64,000 bases of DNA from Nibricoccus sp. (GCA_047602425.1 JASGHG010000001.1:2656001-2720000); one strand, 5' to 3'. Positions 17,904-27,509 are shown, numbered from the stretch's first letter. Notes: a model not told the origin generated them from the sequence alone. Numbers and translations are program-made.

Positions 17904-18830
17904 ATGAAAAAGCTCCTGCTTGCCTTTTTGGGCCTGCCCCTCGTGGCGATGGCTCAATCCTACACCGTTGCCGTTATCCCGAAGGGAACGAGCAATTTCT
18001 GGAAAACCTACGAAGCCGGTGCCAAAAAAGCCGCAACCGAACTTGGCATCGAAATGGTGGTGCGCGGCACGAAATTCGAAAGCGATGTCGAGGCGCAGAT
18101 TCAGATCGTCGATTATTTCCGCGAGAAAAAAGTCAGCGCCATCGTCATCACTCCCTTGCACAAGGATCAGTTGATCGCACCCGTCGAGAAAGCCATCGCG
18201 GAGGGAGTTCCCGTGGTCGTTACCGACTCCGCGCTCAACAGCACCAAGACAGCAGCATTCATCGCCTCCAACAATGTTCAGGCCGGCCAGCTGGGCGGCG
18301 CCGCACTCGCCGAGGCCCTTGGCGCAAACGCGACGGGCGAAGTCGCGCTTTTGCGCTATCTCAAAGGCAGCGAATCCACCGAAAAGCGCGAAACCGGCGC
18401 GCTCCAGGAATTCAAGTCCAGCTTGGCCAAAGCCACCATCTTGGACACGTATTACAGCGGCACCGTCTTGGGCGATGCCAAGCGCAACTGTGACACTCTT
18501 TTCGACGAACATCCCGGTCTCATTGGCGTCATGGCGGTTTCCACCATCTCCACCAAAGGACTGCTTAAGTCCGTCCAACAACGTGACCTTGCCGCCAAAG
18601 TCGCCATCGTCGGGGCCGGTAGCGACGAAGATATTCTTCAGGCGCTGCGCAAAGGGGAAATCAAGGCGCTCGTGCTCCAGAACCCCTTCGAAATGGGCTA
18701 CCGCGGCGTCAAAACGGCCGTCGCCGTCCTCAAAGGCGAAAAGGTGGAAAAACAATCCTTCACCGATGTCATCCTCGTGACCGCCGCCAACATCGACAGC
18801 CCCGAAGTTCAACGCCTCGTCAGCCCTTAA
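17904..18830 (+). CDS. Periplasmic sugar-binding protein (RbsB-like, type I PBP)
   Basis: Signal peptide; AVIPKG..FW, GVPVV..DS, IASNN..AG, R..G, LVLQNPFEMGY. Confidence 0.9.
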   Translation: MKKLLLAFLGLPLVAMAQSYTVAVIPKGTSNFWKTYEAGAKKAATELGIEMVVRGTKFESDVEAQIQIVDYFREKKVSAIVITPLHKDQLIAPVEKAIAEGVPVVVTDSALNSTKTAAFIASNNVQAGQLGGAALAEALGANATGEVALLRYLKGSESTEKRETGALQEFKSSLAKATILDTYYSGTVLGDAKRNCDTLFDEHPGLIGVMAVSTISTKGLLKSVQQRDLAAKVAIVGAGSDEDILQALRKGEIKALVLQNPFEMGYRGVKTAVAVLKGEKVEKQSFTDVILVTAANIDSPEVQRLVSP

Positions 18831-18861
18831 AAAGCTCTATTTCCACCACGGACGCCGCTCA

Positions 18862-18887
18862 GGTGTCTTCAGAAACATGAAGACACC
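18862..18887. repeat. 10-bp inverted repeat
   Basis: GGTGTCTTCA-GAAACA-TGAAGACACC. Confidence 0.6.
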
Positions 18888-19016
18888 CGTGCAAACTCCA
18901 CCCGCTCACCGCCCCCGTCACCGTTACGCCGCCGGGGGTGCGCCTAAAAAAATTCTAAGATGTCTTCGGGAGAGAAAAATGATCGCGGACGATGAGAGGC
19001 GAATTTGTGTCTCAGA

Positions 19017-19045
19017 CCGTTTGTCATCTAATAGATGACAAACGG
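19017..19045. repeat. 29-bp palindrome (14-bp perfect arms, 1-nt centre)
   Basis: CCGTTTGTCATCTA-A-TAGATGACAAACGG. Confidence 0.9.
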
Positions 19046-19242
19046 CGCGTAGGGACGGCCTCGGCTGCATCTCTGTCGAATGTTGGTACTTGGTGGTTCT
19101 GGATAGACCGATCTTAGCTCTGGGGCGGTTAAAGCTTTTCCGCGATGATAGGAACCGGAACCGTCCTTTTGGCGGGAAGTACGTAACTTTCGAGGCGCGT
19201 GTAGCCGGTTGCGCACCTTACTCGCACCTCGTTACAGGCGCG

Positions 19243-19293
19243 CGGCAATTGCTGCCGCCGTGGGAGAAACTCCTAGATCGGCAAAATGTGCCG
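19243..19293 (+). promoter_or_regulatory. Two perfect CGGCA-N5-TGCCG elements upstream of flgF
   Basis: CGGCAATTGCTGCCG (19243-19257) and CGGCAAAATGTGCCG (19279-19293). Confidence 0.7.
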
Positions 19294-19342
19294 GGATAAG
19301 ATTTGGCGGTTTAACATCCTTGTAAAACAGCAGTTAGGTAAC

Positions 19343-19358
19343 TGGCATTGCCATTGCT
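19343..19358 (+). promoter_or_regulatory. sigma54 promoter of flgF operon
   Basis: TGGCATTGCCATTGCT = GG-N10-GC. Confidence 0.8.
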
Positions 19359-19375
19359 TAGGGTACAGACCCCAG

Positions 19376-20119
19376 ATGAACATCGGTTTATACCAGAGCG
19401 CCGCTTCACTCTCCGCGTTGGAACGCTGGCAGGAAGCCGTCGCACAAAACATTACCTCCAGCCAGATCCCTGGTTTCCGTAAGCGCACGGTGGAATTCAC
19501 TTCGGTTGACCTTGGGCATCTTCAAATCGATCCCAAAGGCAAAGGCCAGGAAGGCGCGCCAGCCGCTTTTCCGAGCACCACGCTGGGCGTCAGTTTTTAT
19601 CCGGGTGAAACGACGCCGACGCGCCGCGAACTCGATGTTGCGATTTCCGGCGATGGATTTTTCGAAGTTCAGCAACCGGATGGCAGCCGCGCTTACACGC
19701 GGGCCGGGCAGTTTCATATCAATTCGGAACGCACCATCGTCACGCAGGACAACATGCCGGTGCTTTCCTCCGCAGGCACACCCATCGTTCTTCAGCCCAC
19801 GGGGGAACCACTTGCTATCGCTCCCGATGGTGCCCTCACCCAAGGCGACCGCCAGCTGGGTAAGCTCAGCGTCGTCCACTTTGCGGACAACCAGAAGCTT
19901 TTGCCTGCCGGCGCCAACATGTACGCCGCCCCGGAGGGCATGGACGCTGCGCCGGTTGAACGCCCTTCCGTCCTTCAGGGCTACATCGAAGCGAGCAATG
20001 TCACGCCGCTGCGCGAAATGATTTCCCTCGTGCAAATCGCGCGCGCCTACGAAGCAAACCAAAAGATCATCACCAGCCGCGACCAGAATCTCCAGAAGGC
20101 CATCGAGGCCCTGGGCTGA
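19376..20119 (+). CDS. flgF: Flagellar basal-body rod protein FlgF
   Basis: Start at MNIGLY; LDVAISGDGFF, YTRAG.F, QGYIEASNV...EM..L....RAYEANQK; precedes flgG. Confidence 0.88.
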   Translation: MNIGLYQSAASLSALERWQEAVAQNITSSQIPGFRKRTVEFTSVDLGHLQIDPKGKGQEGAPAAFPSTTLGVSFYPGETTPTRRELDVAISGDGFFEVQQPDGSRAYTRAGQFHINSERTIVTQDNMPVLSSAGTPIVLQPTGEPLAIAPDGALTQGDRQLGKLSVVHFADNQKLLPAGANMYAAPEGMDAAPVERPSVLQGYIEASNVTPLREMISLVQIARAYEANQKIITSRDQNLQKAIEALG

Positions 20120-20156
20120 GCCGCCTGTATCCAAAATTTAAACACAACCCGCCGCC

Positions 20157-20939
20157 ATGAACCTCTCGCTCTACTCCGCCGCTTCAGGCATGGAAGCCCA
20201 GCAGCTCAACCTCAACACCATCGCCAACAACCTGGCGAACGTGAACACCCCGGGCTTCAAGCGCAGCCAGATTTCCTTCCAGGATCTGCTCTACCAGCGT
20301 CCGCGCGCCACCGGTTCGCAGGACAGCGGCGGCAACATCCTGCCCACCGGCATCGAGGTCGGCAACGGCACGCGCGTCGCCGCGACCGGAAAGATTTTCA
20401 CTCAAGGCGAACTCACCTCGACCGGCGAAAAGCTCGATGTCGCGATTCAGGGCGACGGTTTCTACGAAGTGCAGCGTGCCGACGGCACCTCCGCTTACAC
20501 GCGCGACGGTTCCCTCAAAATTTCTCCCACCGGCCAGGTCACGACCAATGACGGTTTGCCGGTACTTAGTGGTTTCCAAGCCGTGCCGACCGGTACGACC
20601 GGCATTACCATTTCGCAGGACGGCCAGGTGACTTACACCACCGCCACGGGCTCGCAAACTTTCCGCATCCAACTCACGCGTTTCGCGAATCCCGCCGGCC
20701 TCCAAAGTTTGGGTGGCAATCTTTATTCCGAAACAACCGCCAGCGGCACGCCGGAAACCGGCAGTCCCGGCGAGCAGGGCTTTGGCATGACGATGCAGGG
20801 CTATGTTGAAAGCTCCAACGTCAACATCGTGCAGGAAATGGTGAATCTCATCACCGCCCAGCGCGCCTACGAGATCAACAGCAAGTCCATCCAGACTTCC
20901 GACGAGATGCTCCAGAACATCAACCAGATGAAACGCTGA
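20157..20939 (+). CDS. flgG: Distal rod protein FlgG
   Basis: ANNLANVNTPGFK, FQDLLYQ, EMVNLITAQRAYEINSK. Confidence 0.96.
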   Translation: MNLSLYSAASGMEAQQLNLNTIANNLANVNTPGFKRSQISFQDLLYQRPRATGSQDSGGNILPTGIEVGNGTRVAATGKIFTQGELTSTGEKLDVAIQGDGFYEVQRADGTSAYTRDGSLKISPTGQVTTNDGLPVLSGFQAVPTGTTGITISQDGQVTYTTATGSQTFRIQLTRFANPAGLQSLGGNLYSETTASGTPETGSPGEQGFGMTMQGYVESSNVNIVQEMVNLITAQRAYEINSKSIQTSDEMLQNINQMKR

Positions 20940-21679
20940 TGAAACTGCGCGCGATCATTTCAATTTGCTCCTTGCTGCTGGTTTCGGCCATGTCCGCCGC
21001 CGCGCAGGTTCTTGCCTCGGCCAGTCCCGCGACCATCGCGGCCGCGCCTGCCACACTCACTCAGGAGGAACTTCTCGCTTCGGTTTCGCGCCAGTTGACG
21101 GAGCGCTTTCAATTGCGCGGCGAGCTGCAGCTCGAACTCCAACGCCAGTGGCTCGCTCCCACGCCTGTGGCGGGCGGCATCGAAGTCGTGGTTCTCGAAT
21201 ATCCTGCGCGCCTTGCCTCCACGCTTTTGCTTCGCGTGAAACTTCAAACCGCCTCGCGGTCGTTGGGGGAGCAGACGCTTCCGTTGCACGTCCAATTGCA
21301 CCGCGATGTCTATGTTGTGCGCACACCTTTGCTGCGCGAAGCCGCCTTCGATGCCTCTCAACTCGACATTCGCCGCGTGGACGTCTTGCGCGAACGCGAC
21401 GTAGTCGCCGTCGACGATTGCACGGGCGACTACACTTTTGCGACCAGCGCGTCCGCTGGACGCCTGCTCACTTGGCGCGATCTCACCCGCCGCACCCTCG
21501 TGCGCAAAGGCCAGGTTATCGAGGTCGCCGCCATCGACGGCACCATGACGATCACCACCAAGGCGCTTGCCATGGAAAACGGCGCCGCCGGCGACTCCAT
21601 TCGTGTCCGCAATCTTACCTCCAAACGGGACTTCACGGCCAGCGTCGTAGCCGAGGCGCGCGCCCAGGTCCAATTCTGA
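20939..21679 (+). CDS. flgA: P-ring chaperone FlgA
   Basis: Signal peptide; LVRKGQ.I...ITTKALAMENGAAGDSIRVRNL.S. Confidence 0.9.
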   Translation: MKLRAIISICSLLLVSAMSAAAQVLASASPATIAAAPATLTQEELLASVSRQLTERFQLRGELQLELQRQWLAPTPVAGGIEVVVLEYPARLASTLLLRVKLQTASRSLGEQTLPLHVQLHRDVYVVRTPLLREAAFDASQLDIRRVDVLRERDVVAVDDCTGDYTFATSASAGRLLTWRDLTRRTLVRKGQVIEVAAIDGTMTITTKALAMENGAAGDSIRVRNLTSKRDFTASVVAEARAQVQF

Positions 21680-21681
21680 CC

Positions 21682-22296
21682 ATGAAAAAATTCCAGGCCA
21701 TTGTCTCAGTCTTATTGTTCGGCGCGGCTCTTTCCGCCCAAGCCGATTCGCTCTGGACCTCGCCGACCAATGCCGAGCGTTCCATGTACGCTGACCGCAA
21801 AGCCGCTCGCAAGGGGGACATTCTTACCGTGGTCATCGCCGAGCAGGTGGCTCAGTCTTCTTCGCAAAGCAAGAAATCGGGTAAGTCCTCCACGGTCGAC
21901 GCCAGCGTTTCCAGCTTCCTTTTCCCCTCGAGCGGCATGGGCAAGCACAAGGGCGAACTTCCCGTCACCGGCCTTTCGGCCAGCAACGACTTTTCCGGAT
22001 CAGGAGAGGTTAGCAACACCCAGAGCATCACCGGCCGCGCCGCCGTGCTCGTTGCAGATGTGCTGCCAAACGGTAACCTCGTGATCGAGGGTGCACGCGT
22101 GATCACTTTTTCCGGCGAAACGCAGTACGTTGTCCTGCACGGCATCGTCCGCGCCGACGACGTCACCTCCGCCAATACCGTTACCTCAACCAACATCGCT
22201 GATGTGCGCGTCGAATTTATCAGCGAGGGCGAACTGACCGACGCACAGAAACGCGGCTGGCTCACCAAGCTCGTCGACCGCCTCCGTCCGTATTAA
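21682..22296 (+). CDS. flgH: L-ring protein FlgH
   Basis: D.KA...GDILTVVI.E, V.DVLPNGNLVIEG, GIVR..D....N.V.S..IAD; true start MKKFQA. Confidence 0.93.
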   Translation: MKKFQAIVSVLLFGAALSAQADSLWTSPTNAERSMYADRKAARKGDILTVVIAEQVAQSSSQSKKSGKSSTVDASVSSFLFPSSGMGKHKGELPVTGLSASNDFSGSGEVSNTQSITGRAAVLVADVLPNGNLVIEGARVITFSGETQYVVLHGIVRADDVTSANTVTSTNIADVRVEFISEGELTDAQKRGWLTKLVDRLRPY

Positions 22297-22312
22297 AATT
22301 TCAACTACTCCC

Positions 22313-23422
22313 ATGCTTCGCTTTGGAAAAATTATTTTTCTTCTGGCTTTCGCCACCAGCTTCCTCGGTGGAACTGCGCAAGCCGCCCGCATCAAGGACC
22401 TGATTCAGGTCGAGGGCAGTCGCGATAATCAATTGGTTGGTTATGGGCTCGTCGTCGGTCTCGCGGGCGACGGCGACAGCAATGCCATCACCACACTGCG
22501 CACTATCGGCAATGCTCTTCAGCGCTACGGTCTGACTCTTCCCGCCGACCAGATCAAATCGAAGAATGCCGCGGCCGTCATGATCACGGCCGACATCGCC
22601 GCATTTTTGAAACCGGGCAGTCGCATCGACGTGACCGTCGCTTCGCTCGGTGATGCAAAAAGTCTCCAAGGCGGCGTCCTCCTGCAGACTCCTCTCGTCG
22701 GTGCCGACGGGCGTGTCTACGCGGTCGCGCAGGGTGCGATCTCCGTAGGTGGATTCCTTGGCGGTTCCGGCGGCCCTGGCGGCGCCACGGTGCAAAAGAA
22801 TCATCCCACGGTCGGCCTGATCTCGAATGGCGCCATCGTCGAGCGCGAGATCCCGTCCTCCATCTCGGTCAATGGCGTATTCACGCTGCAATTACAGGCG
22901 CCCGATTTCACCTCGGCTGCCCGCATGGCCCGCGCGATCAACGCCTATTATCCCGATGCCGCGTCTGCGCGCGATGCAGCCACGGTCTCGGTCAAACTGC
23001 CGCCCACCTACACGGGTCGCGAGGTCGCCTTCATCTCGGATCTCGGCTCGATCGAAGTGAATCCCGACACGCCCGCGCGCATTGTCATCAACGAGCGCAC
23101 GGGCACGATCATCGCCACCACGACGGTGCGCATTTCGCAGGTGGCCATCAGCCATGGTTCTCTAACCATTACCGTCACCCAAAATCTCGCGGTTTCGCAG
23201 CCCAATTCTTTCAACAACTCCGGCCAGACCACCGTCACGCCTTCGACGCAGACCGGTGTCGTGGAAACGAAGGGACGTTTCGTTGTCTTTAACGAGGCTC
23301 CCACGGTCGATCGCCTTGCCGCCGCGCTTAACGCCCTCGGCGTTTCCACGCGCGAAATGATGTCGATCTTCCAGACCCTCAAGCGATCGGGCGCCCTCCA
23401 GGCCGAACTCATCATCAACTGA
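22313..23422 (+). CDS. flgI: P-ring protein FlgI
   Basis: RIKDL...G.RDNQLVGYGLVVGLAG.GD, GDAKSLQGG.LL.TPL. Confidence 0.97.
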   Translation: MLRFGKIIFLLAFATSFLGGTAQAARIKDLIQVEGSRDNQLVGYGLVVGLAGDGDSNAITTLRTIGNALQRYGLTLPADQIKSKNAAAVMITADIAAFLKPGSRIDVTVASLGDAKSLQGGVLLQTPLVGADGRVYAVAQGAISVGGFLGGSGGPGGATVQKNHPTVGLISNGAIVEREIPSSISVNGVFTLQLQAPDFTSAARMARAINAYYPDAASARDAATVSVKLPPTYTGREVAFISDLGSIEVNPDTPARIVINERTGTIIATTTVRISQVAISHGSLTITVTQNLAVSQPNSFNNSGQTTVTPSTQTGVVETKGRFVVFNEAPTVDRLAAALNALGVSTREMMSIFQTLKRSGALQAELIIN

Positions 23423-23423
23423 T

Positions 23424-23834
23424 ATGAACATCGCCGCCATCAGTTCTTCGAATTCCGCCGCCAATCTGGCCTCGCTTCAGCAACTGAGGACAGAACTTTT
23501 GGAAAAAGGGGTTAACTCCTCACCATCGGCAAATTCCAGCCGCGACCCCGCTGCGATCAAGAAGGCGGCCGGTCAGTTCGAGGCGATTATTCTCCGGCAG
23601 CTTCTCGCGCCGACTGTCGAACCCATTATGAATGGCGGACTTGGCGGTTCGGGCGACTCTGGCGGCAGCATCTACGGCTACATGCTCACCGACACCCTCG
23701 CCAGCAGCCTCTCCAAGGGCGGCGGCCTGGGCCTAGGCGCCATGCTCGAAAAGCAACTCTCTCCACGCGTTCCGCGCGTCGATAACAAGACTGGCGGCAA
23801 CACCGCCGCCCAATCCTCAACTTTCATCCGCTAA
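23424..23834 (+). CDS. flgJ: Single-domain FlgJ (rod-binding only)
   Basis: KAAGQFEAIILRQLL ... GGGLGLG.ML.KQL; no muramidase domain. Confidence 0.8.
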   Translation: MNIAAISSSNSAANLASLQQLRTELLEKGVNSSPSANSSRDPAAIKKAAGQFEAIILRQLLAPTVEPIMNGGLGGSGDSGGSIYGYMLTDTLASSLSKGGGLGLGAMLEKQLSPRVPRVDNKTGGNTAAQSSTFIR

Positions 23835-23840
23835 ACCACC

Positions 23841-24335
23841 GTGAACATCTCTTGGGAATTTATCACCGAATGCCTGCGCAACGAGCTGCAGGAATACGGC
23901 GCCCTGCTCGCCCTCTTCGAAGAACAGCAGGCCAACCTCCTCCGCCGCGATGCCGATCAGGTCGCCGCGCTGGCCCTCTCCATCGAGGAGCAGGCCCGCA
24001 CCACGAACATCTGCCGCGAGCGCCGCGAAAAATGCGTCAGCGAATTCGCCCTCAAGCAGCGCTGCGCACCCGACACCAGCCTGCGCCAGCTCCTTCCTCA
24101 TTTCCCCGTGGAGGTCCAGCCATTGCTCGGCGCCCTGATTGCGGAAATCAATCATCTAATTCATCGCATCCGCCGAGACGCCCGCCAGAACCAAATGCTC
24201 CTCTCCCGCGCGGTCGAGGCCCATGACGAGGCCTTGCGCGCGCTGATGCCGGAAACGTTCAAGTCCCGCACTTATTCCGCGCGCGGTGCCGTCACCGCCG
24301 GCGCCACCATCTCCGGATGGCAGGCCGCAGGCTAA
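23841..24335 (+). CDS. flgN: FlgN-like export chaperone
   Basis: Helical, L..E...Y..LL.L..E.Q..L ... N..LL pattern; immediately upstream of flgK. Confidence 0.75.
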   Translation: MNISWEFITECLRNELQEYGALLALFEEQQANLLRRDADQVAALALSIEEQARTTNICRERREKCVSEFALKQRCAPDTSLRQLLPHFPVEVQPLLGALIAEINHLIHRIRRDARQNQMLLSRAVEAHDEALRALMPETFKSRTYSARGAVTAGATISGWQAAG

Positions 24336-24365
24336 ACCAGTTTCAACCTCTAACGCGATTCTACC

Positions 24366-25796
24366 ATGAGCGGACTATTCGGCGAACTGGCCAACGGAGT
24401 CAAAGCCCTCACCGCGGCCTCGCGCTCGATTGAGACCGCGGGACGCAATCTTGCCAACGTCAACAATCCGAACTTCGCCCGCCAGCGCGTGATTTATGGC
24501 GATCGCGGCTCCGTGCAGACCGAGCTCGGTGTTCAGTCCCTTGGCGTCGAGGCCCGGCAAATCCAGCAGTTGCGCGACAGTCTTCTCGACGGCCAGGTGG
24601 TTCGTGAAATCGCGCTTCTTGCCTCGTTCGAAACCGAGCAGGACGCTTATCAACGTGCCCAGGCCAGCCTCGGCCAGTCCGTCGATCGTTCGGGCGCCAC
24701 GAGCCAGACCGGTTCCGAAGGCAGCACGAACGGCATTGCCCAGGCGCTTTCCGATTTTTTCAACGCGTTCCAAAGTTTCTCCGCCAGCCCCACCGATTCG
24801 GGCGAACGTCTTGCTCTCGTTCAGAAAGCCGGCATCCTCACCGATGCCCTGAACGAAACCGATTCCCGCCTTGTTCAGCTCCAGGCCGATCTCACGACGC
24901 AGGCCACCAGCGATATCGGTGAAATCAATGGCATGCTTGCCACCATCGCCGACCTCAACGGTCAGATTGGTCGCCTCGAAATCAATCAGCCCGGTGCCGC
25001 CGTCGATCTCCGCGACCAGCGTCAGGCCGTCGTCGAAAAGCTCGCCGAAAAAATGTCCATCGAGACCCGCCCCGATCCGGCTTACGCTGGACAGATCCAG
25101 GTCTTCAGTCGCGACGCCGCCAATAATCCCGTTCAGCTCGTCAACCTCGCGGTCACAACCGGGCCCGTCACCCTTTCCGGCTCCACAGTTTCCGCCGGCA
25201 CGCCCGCGACCGCGTTGGCTCTTAAAGGTGGTTCTCTCAACGGGCATCTTACGGCACGCGACGGCGCCATCACCGATCTGCGCAACAATCTCGACGCGCT
25301 TTCCCGCCAATTGGTGACTTCCGTCAACGCCGCCTACAATCCAACCAATGCCGCTAGCGGCTACTTCTTTGCGCCTGTCCCTCCCGCTACCGCTACGGCT
25401 GGAACTATCGCCGTAGCTAGCACGGTCACTGCCGCCAACCTCAAAGCCTCCAACGGCGGTGCCGCCGGTGACAACACCATTGCCCTCGCCGTGGCGGCCC
25501 TCGCCAACGCCACTTTCACCACTCCTGCCGATGCCATCAACGGCAGTTTCAGCCAATTCTACACCCGCACCGTCACCGACCTGGGTCAGGCACTAACCAC
25601 CGCCAACACCCACGTCGCCAGCCAGACCTCCATTGAGACTCTCGTGCGGGGGCAGCGCGACGCCATCAGTGGCGTCTCGCTCGACGAGGAAATGGCCGAC
25701 CTTATCAAATATCAGCGCGCCTTCCAGGCTACCTCGAGAGTCATTCAGGTTATCGACGAACTGCTCGACGCCGTCGTCAACCGCCTCGGCTCCTGA
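24366..25796 (+). CDS. flgK: Hook-associated protein FlgK
   Basis: NLANVN.P..ARQ, DLRDQR, SGVSLDEEMADL..YQRAFQA. Confidence 0.95.
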   Translation: MSGLFGELANGVKALTAASRSIETAGRNLANVNNPNFARQRVIYGDRGSVQTELGVQSLGVEARQIQQLRDSLLDGQVVREIALLASFETEQDAYQRAQASLGQSVDRSGATSQTGSEGSTNGIAQALSDFFNAFQSFSASPTDSGERLALVQKAGILTDALNETDSRLVQLQADLTTQATSDIGEINGMLATIADLNGQIGRLEINQPGAAVDLRDQRQAVVEKLAEKMSIETRPDPAYAGQIQVFSRDAANNPVQLVNLAVTTGPVTLSGSTVSAGTPATALALKGGSLNGHLTARDGAITDLRNNLDALSRQLVTSVNAAYNPTNAASGYFFAPVPPATATAGTIAVASTVTAANLKASNGGAAGDNTIALAVAALANATFTTPADAINGSFSQFYTRTVTDLGQALTTANTHVASQTSIETLVRGQRDAISGVSLDEEMADLIKYQRAFQATSRVIQVIDELLDAVVNRLGS

Positions 25797-25843
25797 GTCG
25801 TTCCAAAACTCTTTTCCATCGCCAACTTCGACCCTGTCCTCCC

Positions 25844-26740
25844 ATGCGCATCGCCACCAACACCGTCTCGGAGTCCGTGCTCGTTCAGATCCAAAAGCTC
25901 AGCACGCAACAATCGACCCTGCAAAACCAGCTCGCGACCGGGCAGAAGATTTTCCAGGCCGAAGACGACTCCGCCGCCTTCGGACGCATCCTGACTCTAG
26001 ACAACGAAAACCGGGAAATTCTCCAGTTCAAGACCAACACCAATCGCGCCCTCGAAGTTTCCCAAGCTACTTATGCCGGCCTCCAGGATATTAAGAAACT
26101 TTCCGATCGTGCGGGCGAAATCGCGACCCTCGGTGCAGGCGCCTCCAGTCCCGACGCCTATCGGGCGTACGCGAAGGAAGTAAACCAGCTCATCGAACAG
26201 GCTCTGCAATTGGGAAACACCCGTCTGCGCAACGACTATCTTTTCTCTGGGACTGCCCTCACCACGGCACCGCTCACCGCCACGCGCAATGCCGCCGGCG
26301 ATATCACCGCGGTCGCCTACGCTGGCGATGCTGCTCAGACCAGCATCCAGATTTCCGAACTTTCCAGTCTTTCCCCCGGCACGACCAATTCCACCAACAC
26401 CGGTCTCGCCTCTTTCCTCAACAACCTCGTAGCCCTTCGCGACGCCCTTAACACCACGACGAGCACCTCCGTCGCCGCTGTACAGCCCAGTCTCGAAGCC
26501 TCGGAAAATCTCCTTGTTAACGCCCTTTCCGAGCAAGGAGCCATTCAGCTCCGCATCGAAGTGGCTCAAAGCCAGCAGGACAATCGCGCCACGAATATTG
26601 AGGCCCTTGTTTCCAAAATGACCGACGCCGACATGGCTACCACCGCGGTCAAACTCAGTCAGACTTCCACCGCTTACGAAGCTGCGCTCTCTTCCGCCAC
26701 CAAGATTCTGCAAATGTCTCTGCTCGATTATTTGAAATAA
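25844..26740 (+). CDS. flgL: Hook-associated protein FlgL
   Basis: MRIAT...QLATGQKI....DD, YLFSG, MSLLDYL. Confidence 0.93.
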   Translation: MRIATNTVSESVLVQIQKLSTQQSTLQNQLATGQKIFQAEDDSAAFGRILTLDNENREILQFKTNTNRALEVSQATYAGLQDIKKLSDRAGEIATLGAGASSPDAYRAYAKEVNQLIEQALQLGNTRLRNDYLFSGTALTTAPLTATRNAAGDITAVAYAGDAAQTSIQISELSSLSPGTTNSTNTGLASFLNNLVALRDALNTTTSTSVAAVQPSLEASENLLVNALSEQGAIQLRIEVAQSQQDNRATNIEALVSKMTDADMATTAVKLSQTSTAYEAALSSATKILQMSLLDYLK

Positions 26741-26774
26741 AAGACTTCTTTTAAACAGCTTCACGCCCCAACTC

Positions 26775-27236
26775 ATGAAAGTCAGTCCCGACACCACTCC
26801 GACCGAACCGGTGCCCGCCGGCAATGGGCAAACCCTGCGCCTTCCCGAAGGCCTCGTTGGTTTTCCCGAACACAAGAGCTTCGAGCTTCTCTACGTGCCT
26901 GACCAGCTCCCATTTATTTGGCTGCGCCTCCACGGCCCCGATGTTCTCCATTTTGTCGTCATCGAACCCGCCGGCATTATTCCTGACTACGAACTCGAAT
27001 TGTTCGACGAGGATGCTGCAATGGTCGGCATCACCGATCCAACCGACGCGATGGTCCTTAACATCGTCACCGTAAAGCCCGGCACTCAGGCCACCGCCAC
27101 CGTCAATCTCGCCGGCCCCATCATCGTCAATCGCCGCACGGGCATTGCCAAACAATGCGTGCTGGCCAATTACTCTCGCTACAGCGCGCATCACCCGCTG
27201 GTCGACCAAAACGCCAACGCCGGCCAAACGAAGTAA
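26775..27236 (+). CDS. fliW: Flagellar assembly factor FliW
   Basis: PEGLVGFP, PF.WL, F.VIEP..I.PDY, TVNL.GPIIVN. Confidence 0.93.
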   Translation: MKVSPDTTPTEPVPAGNGQTLRLPEGLVGFPEHKSFELLYVPDQLPFIWLRLHGPDVLHFVVIEPAGIIPDYELELFDEDAAMVGITDPTDAMVLNIVTVKPGTQATATVNLAGPIIVNRRTGIAKQCVLANYSRYSAHHPLVDQNANAGQTK

Positions 27237-27242
27237 ACCGCC

Positions 27243-27500
27243 ATGCTCGTACTCACCCGCAAAGTAAACGAATCGATCGTCATCGGCGGCAATATCGAGA
27301 TCAAAATCACCCGCATCGACGGTGACCTCGTCAAGATCGGCATCGATGCGCCGCGCGATATCCCTGTTTTCCGCAAGGAAGTCCTCGCCGAAATCGCGGC
27401 CAACAATCAGGCCGCAACGCTCAACCCCGGCGCCGCCCTGCCCAAGCTTCCCCGGCCTCCCAAGCCCGCTGCGCCGCCGCCTCCAAAACCAGCCCTTTGA
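27243..27500 (+). CDS. csrA: Carbon storage regulator CsrA (with Pro-rich tail)
   Basis: MLVLTRK..ESI.IG..IEI....[13 protein letters not shown]. Confidence 0.95.
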   Translation: MLVLTRKVNESIVIGGNIEIKITRIDGDLVKIGIDAPRDIPVFRKEVLAEIAANNQAATLNPGAALPKLPRPPKPAAPPPPKPAL

Positions 27501-27509
27501 TCCAGAACC

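Noticed and set aside
20965..21681. 443-aa extended FlgH ORF
   Set aside because: The extension overlaps flgA in another frame; the signal peptide starts at 21682
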